This document shows, one piece after another, positions 62,591 to 64,000 of a stretch of DNA of 64,000 nucleotides; within the stretch, counting starts at the first letter, position 1; every line of letters begins with the position of its first letter. Location of the stretch: contig MCFE01000430.1 of the NCBI GenBank assembly GCA_002104905.1, forward strand, positions 1 to 64,000. The letters are read 5' to 3'. This DNA is from Basidiobolus meristosporus CBS 931.73. Its lineage: Eukaryota > Fungi > Basidiobolomycota. Both the position numbers and the translations under genes were made by a program. Below the pieces are notes generated by a model. That model ran no database searches, was not told the origin of the DNA, and saw nothing but the letters and a program-made list of their open reading frames with translations.

Positions 62591-62599
62591 ATTGGATAT

Positions 62600-63945
62600 C
62601 ATAGTGCATGTTTTCTCAGTAGTACCTCTGAGCTGTGGTATTGTAGGTGGCTTCTTGACCTCCATGTCCTCCTTGTTCTCCTTGGTGGATATATGTCATG
62701 ATGGTCAGTTGGGCTTGTGGGGTAGTGACTACTCTTCTTGGCATAAGTCCAGGCTTCACTTGTTTAAAGAGAAGATCATCTTTGAGATAGTATTGGTGTG
62801 TCTTCTTTCTGAGTTCTCTAAGCTTGTGAATTTCTGTCTAACTAGGGTTCTTGAGCATCCTTAGATATTAGACTTGTTCCGTTGGATAGTGCCACATTGA
62901 GCCATGAGTGCCAAATGATGCCATAGTGTGCCAGAGAGGTAAAGTGAGCCTATACTTGGCCACAAAGTGTGAAACATAGCTCTGCATCTTCATGTAAAGC
63001 AGCCCCTGTTTTTCACCCATTGCGCAGGAGAAAATCCATTTTTTGACCTTTTTTTGTGGTTCAATGTAGCTCAGGATGTGTAAGAGCACAGGAGAACTGA
63101 AGATATGCTTCTGGTACTCAATACCCATGGCACTCTGAATCTAGCTCCTGTAGCTTGTATCATGTCACAAAATTGAATGGCACTATCTTGGTCCACTGGT
63201 ACTATCTGGCACTATAAGTGCTTTGTATAGATCTTACTTTAGGTCTAATATTTAAATATAGTGCCAGATAGTACCAGTGGACCAAGATAGTGCCATTCAA
63301 TTTTGTGACATGATACAAGCTACAGGAGCTAGATTCAGAGTGCCATGGGTATTGAGTGCCAGACGCATATCTTCAGTTCTCCTGTGCTCTTACACATCCT
63401 GAGCTACATTGAACCACAAAAAAAGGTCAAAAAATGGATTTTCTCCAACAGAAAGGGTGAAACACAGGGGCTGCTTTGCATGAAGATGCAGAGCTATGTT
63501 TCACACTCTGTGGCCAGGTAGAGGCTCACTTGGCCTCTCTGGCACACTATGGCATCATTTGGCACTCATGGCTCAATGTGGCACTATCCAACAGAACAGG
63601 TCTATTCTTTGATCAGGCTCCAGGTAGTTCTCTCTTGGTCTTTGATGGCAATATGTTGGATCTCTGGATCAATCATATCATCAAAGTGAGGCTCCAAGTT
63701 GACAAATAATTGTTGTTCCTTCCGGGAGAGTGCATCAGCTACAACATTTGTCTTGCAGGGATATGCCTAACCACAAGGTCAAACATCTTCAGCCATGCCA
63801 TACATTGGTTTGTGGCATCATCAGGTAGGTCAGGCCTGCAGATCATTCCTATAAGTGGTTTGGCATTTGTCTCCAGGATAAATGAGTCATGTAGAATTGT
63901 GACTTCAGCTTCCTCAGCATCTTCAGAACTCCTAGTAGCTTGCAC
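62600..63945 (-). pseudogene. pol: Gypsy RNase H C-terminus / integrase N-terminus relic
   Basis: FILETNAKPLIGMI...WLKMFDLVVRHIP (63739-63945); frame continues SLIKEYLRMLK...QYYLKDDLLFK across the foldback. Confidence 0.72.
62870..63603. mobile_element. Foldback element: 347-bp inverted arms around a 40-bp spacer, TSD ATT
   Basis: Arms 62870-63216 and 63257-63603 (~16 mismatches); ATT at 62867-62869 and 63604-63606. Confidence 0.96.
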
Positions 63946-64000
63946 TTAATCTGTTAGTACCTTTGTTCTCTAGGAGAGAATAAGCTGCTCACATATCTGC

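Noticed and set aside
62868-63604. TA target duplication (Tc1/mariner) for the foldback family
   Set aside because: Empty-site comparisons and restored reading frames require a 3-bp duplication with AGAC...GTCT ends.
62592-63709. ORFs overlapping the foldback (62868-63128, 63476-63709; also 23253-23640)
   Set aside because: Chance frames in mirrored non-coding arms with no recognisable motifs.

Overview
Gene-free, AT-rich and strongly CpG-depleted eukaryotic DNA, probably from a fungus with a large repeat-rich genome (inference). It consists almost entirely of nested transposons; I found no host gene, RNA gene or CRISPR array. Contents: (1) Two Ty1/copia families, here called A (LTR 331-349 bp) and B (LTR 369 bp). 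B includes one intact, very young element (36866-41551, 1305-aa gag-pol, TSD GTTGA) and a B-inside-B nest (44996-54259 containing 47737-52421). (2) Several Ty3/gypsy relics, including a chromovirus, plus long LTRs C and F with 4-bp TSDs. (3) A CACTA/EnSpm-like DNA transposon family D with CCC termini and two divergently oriented genes; one copy keeps both ends (20772-28005). (4) A non-autonomous family with AGAC...GTCT ends and 3-bp ANT TSDs, present as ~200-bp MITEs and as a 734-bp near-perfect foldback with 347-bp arms. The least ordinary items are the foldback family, the two-gene CACTA-like element, and a foreign coding-like fragment lodged in its transposase. Family names are my own labels, and all mismatch counts were made by eye.
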